Below are positions 35,701 through 43,910 of a DNA stretch of 64,000 nt, piece after piece. Numbering within the stretch: the stretch's first letter is position 1; each line of letters starts with the position of its first letter. Source of the stretch: Syntrophobacteraceae bacterium. GTDB lineage: Bacteria; Desulfobacterota; Syntrophobacteria; Syntrophobacterales; Syntrophobacteraceae. The stretch lies in assembly GCA_031292195.1 (NCBI GenBank), contig JARLHP010000198.1, forward strand, positions 432 through 64,431. The letters run 5' to 3'. The notes below the pieces were generated by a model. That model saw only the letters and a list, made by a program, of their open reading frames with translations, searched no databases and was not told the DNA's origin. A program made the translations under genes and the position numbers.

Positions 35701-35781
35701 GTATTTTTACACAAGCCTTACTCGATGAGTGAACTCAAGTCTGCAATCGATGAGGCTTTGCAGGCGGTGAGCAGGGGGTAA
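32749..35781 (+). CDS. Multi-PAS hybrid sensor histidine kinase (about five PAS, HisKA, HATPase_c, REC), cytoplasmic
   Basis: Repeated DITERK/DITDRKRAE PAS linkers. H-box GSIAHHFNNKLGTV, G-boxes SDTGCGM and GRGLGLSILLGLV, REC LVLLVDDDP...VITDLTMPGMDG. No TM segment. Confidence 0.9.
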   Translation: MVDKNEFVKNILDSLPHPFYIIDANDYTLKMANSAAAPDGLPPNVTCFQLTHGTDKPCEAPRHCCPLETIKRTGKSVTIEHVHYDMEGNARQFEIHAHPVFDSNGNVVQIVECMLDITERRKAEEELDLYAEITRNIAEGVVLARVSDTEIVYANHKFEEMFGYDPGELIGKPISVVNAPGDKSPEELAKMIQKPLKEKGTWQGEVHNIKKDGTPFWCNVTVSTFDHYKYGEVWVWVPRDITERRQTEDALRKSETMYRTLVENIPQKVFMKDTDSRYVSINEHFARDLGIRDAEVFGKTDYDFFPRELADKYRRDDKRIIKTGVTEDLEEHYMMEDQGMWVQTIKAPVKDVNGKVVGVFGIFWDITDRKRAENALRESEERFSRFFRASPVGITISRLCDGQCIEANDAFLRLFGYEREEVIGGNLFELKKCIDPKERETLTQRLTEQGRVEAFETRLRLKSGEIMYAITSAEIIELAGRQCILSLTYDITARKRAEQALVLERNKFRRFLDSLPFGVYIVNDQYNIEYVNSVLSSDFGPIEGRKCHDYFHGLLEPCDWCKNSEVFDGKTVQWEWFSEKTGKTFHLIDSPVYSVDDRISKIEVFFDITERKRAEAEKIEMEQRIQKLQKAESLGRMAGSIAHHFNNKLGTVLGNLELALYDLPEESEVRATIVESMKAARQAADISQRMLMYLGQATGRYEPVDLVDTIRESLQLSSLSVPRHVRLKTDYPLMRPIIQGNNAQIKQILANLVSNAVEAIGQNDGDITVAIQVTQSEKIKRLRFFPVDWEPKAEQYVCLSVSDTGCGMDLTTIEKVFDPFFSTKFPGRGLGLSILLGLVRTHAGGTTVVSEPDRGATFRVFFPLCALEAVPPVKEEPLASGPAQKGGLVLLVDDDPGIRKMAESILEKMGYGVLGASSGAQALKFFAEDPYRVRLVITDLTMPGMDGWQILTALRKIRPNIPVVLASGYDEAHAMSRDYAHQPDVFLHKPYSMSELKSAIDEALQAVSRG

Positions 35782-36195
35782 TTATTGTTTATCCGCTGCG
35801 ACTCAATTGGGCGGTTGTCCTCAATGGAAATATGGGTACAGAGCCGCCAATTCCTTTGCGGGAGCTTCGGCCGGCTCCTGGATCGTCGTCAGGAGGCGAT
35901 CCAGAGGCTACGCGCCTGCAGCACCTCCAAGGCTGTATTCGGTTGGTTCACCCTGACCACAACACCCGCCAGGCACAGCACAGCCTCACGAATGGGACCC
36001 ACCGCAAGGTCTGCCAAGGTCGCTTCCCCAGTCCTGCATACAGTCATTTGGGAACCAAACAGTACACGGGTCCAGTTTTCCTGCAACGACACTAGCCGAA
36101 TAAGGGGGAAGCCACTCTGCACATACACTCCAGTATATACATAAATAATAGTTACCATCTAACTATCTTACTCATTCAGACACAATAGCCAGTTA

Positions 36196-38109
36196 ATGAT
36201 GGATGCTAAAATGAAACAGATGAATTTTCGTCAAAAGCTTATAGCATCAATAGTCCATATAGTAATAGTTGTAATATCTGCATTAGGCCTTATATTTTAT
36301 TATACCGCGTTTAATGCCATATTAGACATACAAAACAATAACATGAGTGTTATTGTGCAAAAAACTTGTACTGAATTGAATGGCTGGATAGCCAACCATG
36401 AACATACTGCCCTTACTTACAGTCAGGCTGCAGTCTTTAAAGCTGCATGCCGTGGCGAGAGAATGGATGAGGCTCAAAAGCGACTCGTAATCTACCATAA
36501 GGATTCACCAATATATGAGAACATATTCCTGGCCGACGCCGGCGGCAAACTCTTCATGGATTCCATTGGCGGCAAATCGGTAGGAGTTGAGTTGTCCAAA
36601 CTGCCCGGCTTTAAAATAAACTTCGACAAGGCTCGTAAAGGGCAGATTTGGGTGGGGGACGTAGGTGCCTCACCTGCCACGGGAAGGCCGGTTTCTCTGA
36701 TCACCGCCCCGATTATGGTCGATGGAAAACTCACTGGAATCGTGGGAACTCCCGTCGATTTGACCACCTTCTCCGATAAGTTCAGTGAGTCCAGAATCGG
36801 GAAATCAGGGTATCTTTTCATGGTGGATTCCAATGGGCTTATCTTCGCTCACCCGGATAAGCAGACCATTCTGAAGACCAGGATATCCGATTTCGATTGG
36901 GGCAAAAGAATGCTTGAGGAAAGAAGTGGGAGCTTCATCTATAAATACAAGGGCGTCGATAAATTCGCATTCTTCAGCAACAAGAACAAGAAGGGCTGGC
37001 TTGTCGCGGCAACCATACCGAAAAGCGAACTCGTCGAATCGTTGGGACGTATCGGCTACTTATCGGCTATTGGGGGGTTCGTGGCCGTATTGATTATTGT
37101 ATTTCTGGTATGGCTGGTGACCCGGAGTGCGTTCAGGGTTATCAGCAAGAATGCTGAAGGACTGATGGAGGCGAGTATGCAAATTCTTTCGGCATCGGGT
37201 CAGGTTTCATCGGCCTCCCAGGAACTTGCTGAAGGAGCATCCGAACAGGCGGCGGCCATCGAGCAAATCTCGTCCTCTTTGGAAGAGATGTCCTCCATGA
37301 CAAAGCAGAATGCCGCAAATGCAAAACAGACCAACAATGTGATGGACTCGGTCGGCCATGTGATTTCATCGGCCACTACTTCGATGGGCCAGCTTGATAC
37401 CTCCATGGGCCAAATATCGAAGGCAAGCGAAGAGACCTCAAAGATCATTAAAACCATTGACGAAATCGCATTCCAAACGAACCTGCTGGCCTTGAACGCC
37501 GCTGTGGAAGCGGCCAGGGCGGGCGAAGCGGGAGCAGGATTCGCCGTTGTTGCCGACGAAGTAAGAAACCTTGCCATGCGGGCGGCGGAGGCTGCAAAAA
37601 ACACTGCCGACCTCATCGAAGGCACGGTGAAGAAGGTAAAGGACGGCTCTGAAATAGTCGCGAAGACGAGCGCCGTATTCGCCGAATTGTCAACCAGCAC
37701 CGGGAAGATGGGCGAATTCGTCGGTGAGATAACGGCCGCTTCCCTGGAGCAGGCTCAAGGGGTTGAGCAAATCTCTAAAGCGCTAAATGAAACGGATACA
37801 GTTGTCCAGCAAAACGCCGCAAATGCCGAGCAATCTGCTTCCGCCTCTGAACAGATGAGTGCCCAGGCAGAACAAATGAAACAATTTGTGGACGAATTGG
37901 TAATCCTGGTCGGAGGGGCCGATGCCCATTCAAGCATCGAGAGGGCTAAAAAATTGAAGAATGCCGCAAATGAACCGAAGATGATTGCAACATACGGAAA
38001 AAAGGGAAATAGCCATTTAAAGGCCGGCGATGGAAAGGCTCCCGCCCACAATGGCAAGCGCGGTCCAGAGCAAATCATTCCTTTTGATGGCGAAGTTTCC
38101 GATTTTTAA
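36196..38109 (+). CDS. Methyl-accepting chemotaxis protein with a dCache-type periplasmic sensor
   Basis: TM1, a Cache-like domain (...[17 protein letters not shown]...), TM2, HAMP, and the highly conserved signalling hairpin ([40 protein letters not shown]). The 5' part is AT-rich. Confidence 0.9.
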   Translation: MMDAKMKQMNFRQKLIASIVHIVIVVISALGLIFYYTAFNAILDIQNNNMSVIVQKTCTELNGWIANHEHTALTYSQAAVFKAACRGERMDEAQKRLVIYHKDSPIYENIFLADAGGKLFMDSIGGKSVGVELSKLPGFKINFDKARKGQIWVGDVGASPATGRPVSLITAPIMVDGKLTGIVGTPVDLTTFSDKFSESRIGKSGYLFMVDSNGLIFAHPDKQTILKTRISDFDWGKRMLEERSGSFIYKYKGVDKFAFFSNKNKKGWLVAATIPKSELVESLGRIGYLSAIGGFVAVLIIVFLVWLVTRSAFRVISKNAEGLMEASMQILSASGQVSSASQELAEGASEQAAAIEQISSSLEEMSSMTKQNAANAKQTNNVMDSVGHVISSATTSMGQLDTSMGQISKASEETSKIIKTIDEIAFQTNLLALNAAVEAARAGEAGAGFAVVADEVRNLAMRAAEAAKNTADLIEGTVKKVKDGSEIVAKTSAVFAELSTSTGKMGEFVGEITAASLEQAQGVEQISKALNETDTVVQQNAANAEQSASASEQMSAQAEQMKQFVDELVILVGGADAHSSIERAKKLKNAANEPKMIATYGKKGNSHLKAGDGKAPAHNGKRGPEQIIPFDGEVSDF

Positions 38110-38465
38110 TGCAATGAGTAATTAAATGTGAGGGGCAAGCAGGCGGGACAATTGCCGGATGCCTGCCCCTCCGGCCGGCCGCGCCCGAGTTTCGGGTCCA
38201 TAGGAAAACGACAAGTCAACATGACTGTTAATTCAATGACATACAGGACTTGTCGAAAAATGTCGTGTTACTACAGACTGCGTTTTCTACCAGCGACCTC
38301 AAGAACCGGCTTTGGCATTGGAATCTTCAGCTTCTCAAGGATTTCTCACAGATACCCTCATGTATCTCGTTGCGTCTAAAGAATCTGTTTGAGCCTGTCT
38401 CGCATTGTTGGGGGTTGGGCATTGGGGGCATCGGGTCTGACCAGCCCATGGCTCTCAGCTTCATC

Positions 38466-38836
38466 CCCGCCCCCCGATCTATCGGGCGCCCGCTACGACA
38501 CGTTAGGCATGAAGGATTTCATCCCGGGTTTTGCCGGCCGGTTCCCGGAAAATCACCCTATCCACCGCCAGCAAAAAAAGCTCGGCCCCGGCGCCCCTCT
38601 TTCCATCCAATCCAGGGGAGACCAGCTCTTCCTCTGCGACTGCGAATCACATTCCCGTTGCAAAACTCTCGCTAAAAGCAAGGGATTCATGGGCTGGACG
38701 CGTCGACAAGATCAGGTCGATCAGCCTGATAGCAATGGTTCAGCGCACTAAAGACGACGAGCAGCAGGATTTCCGAAAGTCCTGCCGCACCGATTCCCGG
38801 GAAATACCCTGGGCGGAAGTGGTCCTGGGGCCATGA
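38466..38836 (+). pseudogene. Duplicate of the last ~370 nt of the giant helicase gene, frameshifted (junction copy B)
   Basis: My hand alignment to 27811-28190 finds about 18 substitutions plus one extra T near 38651. Track ORFs 38389..38751 and 38531..38836 each carry one half of the tail sequence (SSPPPDLSGARYDTLGMKDF... / ...KLSLKARDSWAGRVDKIRSISLIAMVQRTKDDEQQDF...). Confidence 0.8.
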
Positions 38837-38955
38837 ACCTCTGCTACCAGGTTGGATTGAGGGAAGTGGTCAAGGATGTGTTCATCCCTGGTTGTAAGAA
38901 TTTCGTTTTTCATGGCGGCCTGTGAACCGCACGAACGGGTGTGGTCCCGGAGGCG

Positions 38956-39486
38956 TCATTTATAAATTATCGGGCGGCCCGTGAGCGTTTCCATTCGCTC
39001 GAGGAACCTGTGCATCTCGCCGGCTGGTTTCATGTTCTTGTCGAGCCTTAGCAGTTCACGGTCCGAGTCGTCGTACAAAGTATAGACCACCATTGCGGGC
39101 AGAGTATCCAGCGGTTTTGTCTTGTACCTGGAACGACCGATATCATTCCATTTTCTGAGTTCCTCGCGAATATCCTCACGGACCACCTTTTTCACCTCAC
39201 TTATCGGGATTCGCCGGGAACCGGAAGGCTGCGAGACTTCGATCTCGTCCAAATCGCACCGCACCTTTCGACCGTGGTTCTGAAACGCTTTGCGGCACAT
39301 AAAAGTAAGCCAGGCCACTCCCAGGATCATCATCCCGTATTTCTTCCATAAAGGGGTATGTTCCGGCACGAAGAAAGACGGAACGATCATGAGCAGTCCA
39401 AACAGAAGGCCCCAGAAAAGGTTGGCCTTCCACGTTTCCGCAGGCTCACTCAAAAAGATGACATCCCCATCAGCAGCCATAATCAC
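38956..39486 (-). CDS. Hypothetical membrane protein (two TM helices + ~100-aa soluble C-terminal domain)
   Basis: 176-aa ORF. LFWGLLFGLLMIVPSFFV and MMILGVAWLTFMC are hydrophobic helices. No recognisable motif. Sits between junction copies B and C. Confidence 0.55.
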   Translation of the reverse strand: MIMAADGDVIFLSEPAETWKANLFWGLLFGLLMIVPSFFVPEHTPLWKKYGMMILGVAWLTFMCRKAFQNHGRKVRCDLDEIEVSQPSGSRRIPISEVKKVVREDIREELRKWNDIGRSRYKTKPLDTLPAMVVYTLYDDSDRELLRLDKNMKPAGEMHRFLERMETLTGRPIIYK

Positions 39487-39604
39487 TCCCTTTCCCTGTT
39501 TGCTACGCTGTTTTGCCTGCCTGTTTGATGAACTTTCTTCGCATCCAAACCAAACGATTTTGTGATAAGGTCGAGCGGAGACCCGACTCCTTCTTTTTCA
39601 GCTC

Positions 39605-39635
39605 AAGACGACGAGCAGCAGGATTTGGGCCATGA
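39605..39635. repeat. 31-nt relic of the helicase gene 3' end (start of junction copy C)
   Basis: aagacgacgagcagcaggattt + gggccatga matches 28107-28128 and 28182-28190 of the intact gene, with the intervening ~55 nt (about 28129-28181) missing. It is followed by the same vapC 3' flank as after 28190. Confidence 0.5.
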
Positions 39636-39683
39636 ACCTCTCGCATCGCATAATCGCTCTGTGGTTCATACCAATAGCCTGAG

Positions 39684-40061
39684 TCACCAGGTTGCATGAG
39701 GGTAGTGGTCAAGGATGTGTCCATCCTTGGTAATAAGAATATCGTTTTTCATGGCGGCGTGGGCGGTGATGATACGATCGAAGGGGTCGCGGGTCCAGCT
39801 TTGGTGCATGGCGTTTCTAACAACTTCCCGGAAATCCTTTCCGCAGACCTCCAGCGCTATTCTTTCAGCAAGATACTCGTAGATGGTCTGAGGCGACACC
39901 GCAATTTTCCCGATTTGCCGGAGAAATTCCAACTCCAGCAAAACCATGGGAGAGATCAGCACACAGGGGCAATCCTCGATCAACTTCAAAGCCCGCTCAC
40001 TCAGCTTTTCCGCTCCATAAGCATACATCCATGCCACCACGTGTGAGTCCAGGTAGGTCAT
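39684..40061 (-). CDS. vapC: VapC-family PIN-domain toxin (intact)
   Basis: MTYLDSHVV..., LLELEFL, DPFDRIITAHA: conserved acidic PIN residues in the expected order. 125 aa. Overlaps the stop of the upstream antitoxin. Confidence 0.85.
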   Translation of the reverse strand: MTYLDSHVVAWMYAYGAEKLSERALKLIEDCPCVLISPMVLLELEFLRQIGKIAVSPQTIYEYLAERIALEVCGKDFREVVRNAMHQSWTRDPFDRIITAHAAMKNDILITKDGHILDHYPHATW

Positions 40062-40294
40062 ATGTCAGGACTCCACTCTCCGGACCAGTCACTGTGGACC
40101 AGTTCCTCGGGGTCGCCTGCGATGCAGTCGGGATGGGGACGCAGTCCGGCCATCTTGGAATCCCTCTGCGCCGAAGAAATGATTATCTTTTTACCTTTGC
40201 GCTCCACCTCAAGGGGAATATTTGACTGGAGCACATCGTCCAGCAATTTATAAATGTTTTTACGAAGCTCGGTTGCTGTTACTTTTCGGGGCAT
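40058..40294 (-). CDS. Phd/YefM-type antitoxin
   Basis: MPRKVTATELRKNIYKLLDDVLQSNIPLEVERKGKKIIISS is the Phd/YefM N-terminal fold pattern. ATG 40294 was chosen because the track start 40330 lies at or above the predicted transcription start. Confidence 0.8.
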   Translation of the reverse strand: MPRKVTATELRKNIYKLLDDVLQSNIPLEVERKGKKIIISSAQRDSKMAGLRPHPDCIAGDPEELVHSDWSGEWSPDI

Positions 40295-40338
40295 CTCAGT
40301 TTTCCGCTTGTCTATTCGCTTCGAAAGCACGTACTTAT

Positions 40339-40367
40339 ATTTTATGCTGTTACGTACGTATTGTCAA
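40339..40367 (-). promoter_or_regulatory. Sigma-70-type promoter of the phd-vapC operon (TTGACA-N17-TAAAAT) with an embedded ACGTACGT palindrome
   Basis: Minus strand reads TTGACAatacgtacgtaacagcaTAAAAT: perfect -35, 17-nt spacer, 5/6 -10, about 45 nt upstream of ATG 40294. Confidence 0.55.
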
Positions 40368-40778
40368 AAATGGATTCGCCACATTTTCAAAATCATTCAG
40401 GAGCCTTGACCGTCCTTATTTCCCGTCAAATTCCGGGACGGGGTCATTTTTAGTCAACGCGCCATCGCCCTTCCAGGCCAACGAGAGCTGCAAAGCCTCA
40501 TGCCTGTGTTTTTCCACTGAACAATTTTTGTAGCGGTTCATAATGCCGGACTGTCAAAAGGAATCCAAGGATGCGGACACGCATAATCCGCCTGGTCAAC
40601 CTCGAAGCCAATTCTTTACTCACCCGCCCCATTTGCCTGAACAGGGCGTTTTATTCCCCGCCGGACCTCATTGTCCCGTCCGACTCAGCCGCCCGGAGAT
40701 GAGTTTCCCCGGGTGACCAGCAAGACAACTCCACCGATGATCACCAGGCCCCCTATCCAGCCCCCCCGGGAAGGAGTT

Positions 40779-40830
40779 TCGATGCGCGGCCTGCTGGATA
40801 CAACGTGATCGAGACCACCGGAGATGCCCC
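40779..40830. repeat. 52-nt conserved box, copy 2 (right border of junction copy C)
   Basis: See 28471-28522. Only a few mismatches by eye. Confidence 0.5.
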
Positions 40831-41086
40831 CCCCGGCAGGAGAACCGTCACACAAGATAGCGGCTTTTCGCAATGTAATTTCCAGGGATCACACATGCGA
40901 CTGACTCCTTCGGTAGCCCCGTGTCGTAAGAACTCCAGGGAGCACTCGATTGCCTTGCGGGTATTCCATGCTCCTGGACCAAAGAGGGGCGGAACGAGGC
41001 AAGCGCCATGAGACACCCTGCCGTCACAACCTCGAAGACTTAAGAGATGATCTTGCCATACTACGTTCAAGATGAGGCAATTTCCT

Positions 41087-41614
41087 TCAGGAATCGCTTG
41101 ATAGAGCAGGGTCCCGCTCCTCCCTTCCGCTTCGTCGTTTTGCCTTGACCAAGGCCTGCTGCTGAAAGTTAATCTGCTTCCTGAGTCCGGAGATCCGCTT
41201 GTCCTGGTCGGCGACCTTCACCTCGGCATCGGCTAGCGCCCGCACCAAAGCGTCGATTTGAGCAGCCTGCCGTTCGTTGACCTTCACCAGCATATCTCTT
41301 TGGGCCAGAGCCTTTGAAAACTGGCCTTTAAGCCTTGTCTCCAGCTCGGCTACCCGTTTTTCAAAAGCTTCCGTCAGATAGTGTTGAACCTCCGGAGGAA
41401 AATCGGTGATGTGGGTTTTCTTCACCTCTCCGGGATTGTGCCGGAGCTTCCACAATGTCAAACATTGGCGCACTCTGTCGATATTGCCGGTATTGAGTTC
41501 CTCGCTGATCGAATCCACGGTGGGCAGCCTGCCGGTCCATACCATGCGGTCGGCGACCGCCGTCACATCTTTTATTTTTACATCGGAGTCGTTCTGACTG
41601 ACTTTGCTTTTCAT
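41087..41614 (-). CDS. KfrA_N-like DNA-binding coiled-coil protein
   Basis: IKDVTAVADRMVWTGRLPTVDSISEELNTGNIDRVRQCLTLWK resembles the KfrA N-terminal HTH (V.AAAD.L...G..PT...VR..LG.GS...I...L..W), followed by ~110 aa of coiled coil. ATG 41614 (MKSKVSQ) was chosen over the track start 41980. Confidence 0.6.
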   Translation of the reverse strand: MKSKVSQNDSDVKIKDVTAVADRMVWTGRLPTVDSISEELNTGNIDRVRQCLTLWKLRHNPGEVKKTHITDFPPEVQHYLTEAFEKRVAELETRLKGQFSKALAQRDMLVKVNERQAAQIDALVRALADAEVKVADQDKRISGLRKQINFQQQALVKAKRRSGREERDPALSSDS

Positions 41615-41837
41615 TTTCAGCCTTCCATTGAGTCGGCTCTTTTTCGGAAGTATTTCTTTACCATGGAGTAAAGAATCACTCTGCGAACCATTCCTCTGAA
41701 CCGAAGAGAATAACAGCCGGTAAAAACGGCGGTTTCGGACGCACACGGCAGGCTGCGCAGGTTGCCGTGTGCGTCTCAAGGGCGTTTGACCGGTATCTGT
41801 CGAAAGCCACCCCTTTTTGCCCGCCGCACTACATAAC

Positions 41838-42350
41838 TCACGGATGGCAGTCGTCCAGCTTATGCCAAACTTTCGCTGATTCATCCGCACATTCCGAATT
41901 CGCCTTTTCGCCTCTTTGGTGACTATCCCGCTCGGAGGCGATTTCATTTTCCAGCCGGGCAATCCGCCGGCTTTGTTCAACGACTCTCGAACAGGTTTCT
42001 TCGAGCGCCGTCTTTAAATTGTCGATCTGGACTGATTGCCGTCTATTGAGAGCAGTTAGCCGTTTTTTGTCCTTGTTGACCTCAGCATATTTGGCCTCGA
42101 GTTTTGCGTGGAGGGTGTGAAGGGTAATAACCTTGCGTTCGAACTCATCAGCCAGGAGATTTTGGACATTAGGGGGAATATCAGCGATATGAGTCCTTAC
42201 CAAATCAACATGACGCCCTTGGCTTTTCAGCCTCTCGGCAGCCGTCAGTCCCATGGTTGCGCAGGCCACTACCAGGGAAGGCCGGGTTTCGGCCTCCCCG
42301 ATGTGACGCTCCGTTGACCGAACCGAGTTATTAGCCCGGGTTCGCTTCAT
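41838..42350 (-). CDS. Paralogue of the KfrA-like coiled-coil protein
   Basis: THIADIPPNVQNLLADEFERKVITLHTLHAKLEAKY... aligns with THITDFPPEVQHYLTEAFEKRVAELETRLKGQF... of the downstream gene. ATG 42350 is preceded by GGAGGAGG. Confidence 0.5.
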   Translation of the reverse strand: MKRTRANNSVRSTERHIGEAETRPSLVVACATMGLTAAERLKSQGRHVDLVRTHIADIPPNVQNLLADEFERKVITLHTLHAKLEAKYAEVNKDKKRLTALNRRQSVQIDNLKTALEETCSRVVEQSRRIARLENEIASERDSHQRGEKANSECADESAKVWHKLDDCHP

Positions 42351-42396
42351 GTTTAGCACCTCCTCCAAGACCGTTGTTTTCAATGAATGTCCGAAC

Positions 42397-43434
42397 TCAT
42401 TTCGGTGCGCCGTATATTTTATCCAGCGCCAGGTTGACCTCGAGCACATTTACAAACTTCTCTCCAGCAAGCCCGTCGAGGGGTGCGGGCGCGTTCTTTT
42501 GCAGGATCTGCTCGACCGCCTGGCGGATTTGAACAGGGTTGCGGTGCGAGTCTTTTGCGCGTGCGGATACGACTCTTGCCAGTTGGAATTGGGCGTTTTC
42601 AAAAGTGATATCGGGATCAAGCCCCGAACCGGAAGTCGTAACGTAATCACCGGGCACCTCATTCAGACTGACATCCGGATGGTCCTGGCGCCACATGTCA
42701 AAAAACGTCGATTGTATGTCGGCGCCGGAATCGACCACCTCGATGGTCGTTACAGGCTTCCCGCCGGGGCCGGTTTTTGTGTCGGCGGTAAGAAATTTCC
42801 CCGGATGCTTGGCGGAAAAATCCTCGCAAAACACCACTGCCAGGTCGGAGGCTGCGGCTTGGGAGTTGCCGGGTTGTCCCTGACCCACTTGGCCACTATG
42901 CCGGGATTTGTCTTGGCCCGGTTGCCCACGTAATCGGTGTGGGCACTATCGGGTTTGACCCGGGCCTGAGCCAGCGAATTGTGCAGATCGGCCCATTGAG
43001 CGACAATCCCGGTTTTCCCCTGGAACCTGTCCGCTTTGAACCATGCCGCGACGTCGGGCGCAACGAGCTGACCCGCGCCTTGGGGCCGCCTTTATAGGTC
43101 GCCACGGGCCCGATGGAGCGCGCCACGCGGTCGCGCAATGCGTAATTGGAGGCGGCAAGGGCCGAAGATGCCGAAGCGCTTGCGTCGTAAGAAGCCGCAG
43201 AGGGCCTGGGCCAGAAATACCCGTCTTTTGTAAAAGGCTGAGCGATCAATTCCGATCCGACATACTCCCCGTTTGGTCCCTTGATCATGCTGCCGTTGGA
43301 CTGAAGCGGAAAACACTCCACGGGCGGTATTTTCCATCCATGCTCCACGTCATGTAGCGGCTAAGAGGAAATGCTACGACAGTGGAGGTCACCAGAAGAG
43401 CTACAGGCAGAAACCATATTTGAATAAACGCCAT
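42397..43434 (-). pseudogene. kdpC: kdpC (long form) with at least three frameshifts
   Basis: Piece 1 (my translation from ATG 43434): [25 protein letters not shown]... (TM anchor). Piece 2 (track ORF 42896..43348): [39 protein letters not shown]...ASNYAL. Piece 3 (my translation): [37 protein letters not shown]...VAKWVRDNP. Piece 4 (track ORF 42397..42888): DLAVVFCEDF...VTTSGSGLDPDIT...VNVLEVNLALD. The first shift sits in a T-run near 43300. Confidence 0.75.
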
Positions 43435-43508
43435 TTGTTTTTCCCTTTAGTATCGTTAACCGCTGCCGGCGGTTCTGAGGCCCGCGCCCGAAATCGGGCG
43501 CTTGCCGA

Positions 43509-43589
43509 TTAGAACCATTCCGGAAGAATCATGGCGACGACCAGATAAACAAAAAGAAACGCGGCGACGGCCGCTGTCAGGTAAAGCAT
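43509..43589 (-). CDS. kdpF: KdpF, small subunit of the Kdp ATPase
   Basis: My translation is MLYLTAAVAAFLFVYLVVAMILPEWF* (26 aa). It is a single TM helix ending in the KdpF-typical L.PE.F, with AAGGAG 8 nt upstream. Confidence 0.65.
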   Translation of the reverse strand: MLYLTAAVAAFLFVYLVVAMILPEWF

Positions 43590-43607
43590 TGGTGTAACTC
43601 CTTTGCC

Positions 43608-43712
43608 CTAAATTTTTTCGCAAGCCTTTACGAAGGCCATGCAGATTCCCATTAATGCCACGCCCAGAAAAAACATTGCAGGCAGCCAGGTTGTCAGGGT
43701 CTGTGGATCCAT
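43608..43712 (-). CDS. 34-aa hydrophobic peptide encoded upstream of kdpF
   Basis: My translation is MDPQTLTTWLPAMFFLGVALMGICMAFVKACEKI*, with AAGGAG 8 nt upstream. It lies between the sigma-54 promoter and kdpF. Confidence 0.4.
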   Translation of the reverse strand: MDPQTLTTWLPAMFFLGVALMGICMAFVKACEKI

Positions 43713-43818
43713 TTTCTTAAGCTCCTTGGAAAAACCTCACGGTACGAAATCGCCTCGCGCTACCGCAGACGCACAAAAAAAATTCCTCCTCCAAAATATC
43801 TGCCTGCTCATTCGTTTG

Positions 43819-43834
43819 AGCATGTCCCGTGCCA
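43819..43834 (-). promoter_or_regulatory. Sigma-54 (-24/-12) promoter upstream of the kdp remnant
   Basis: Minus strand is TGGCACgggacATGCT. GG and GC are at the canonical spacing, with one mismatch to TGGCAC-N5-TTGC. About 107 nt upstream of ATG 43712. Confidence 0.6.
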
Positions 43835-43910
43835 GAAAATGGAATCATGAAAACGTTGAAATTACAGCGACATGGAAGGACCTACAATAAGTGGAAACCG
43901 AAGGGATATT

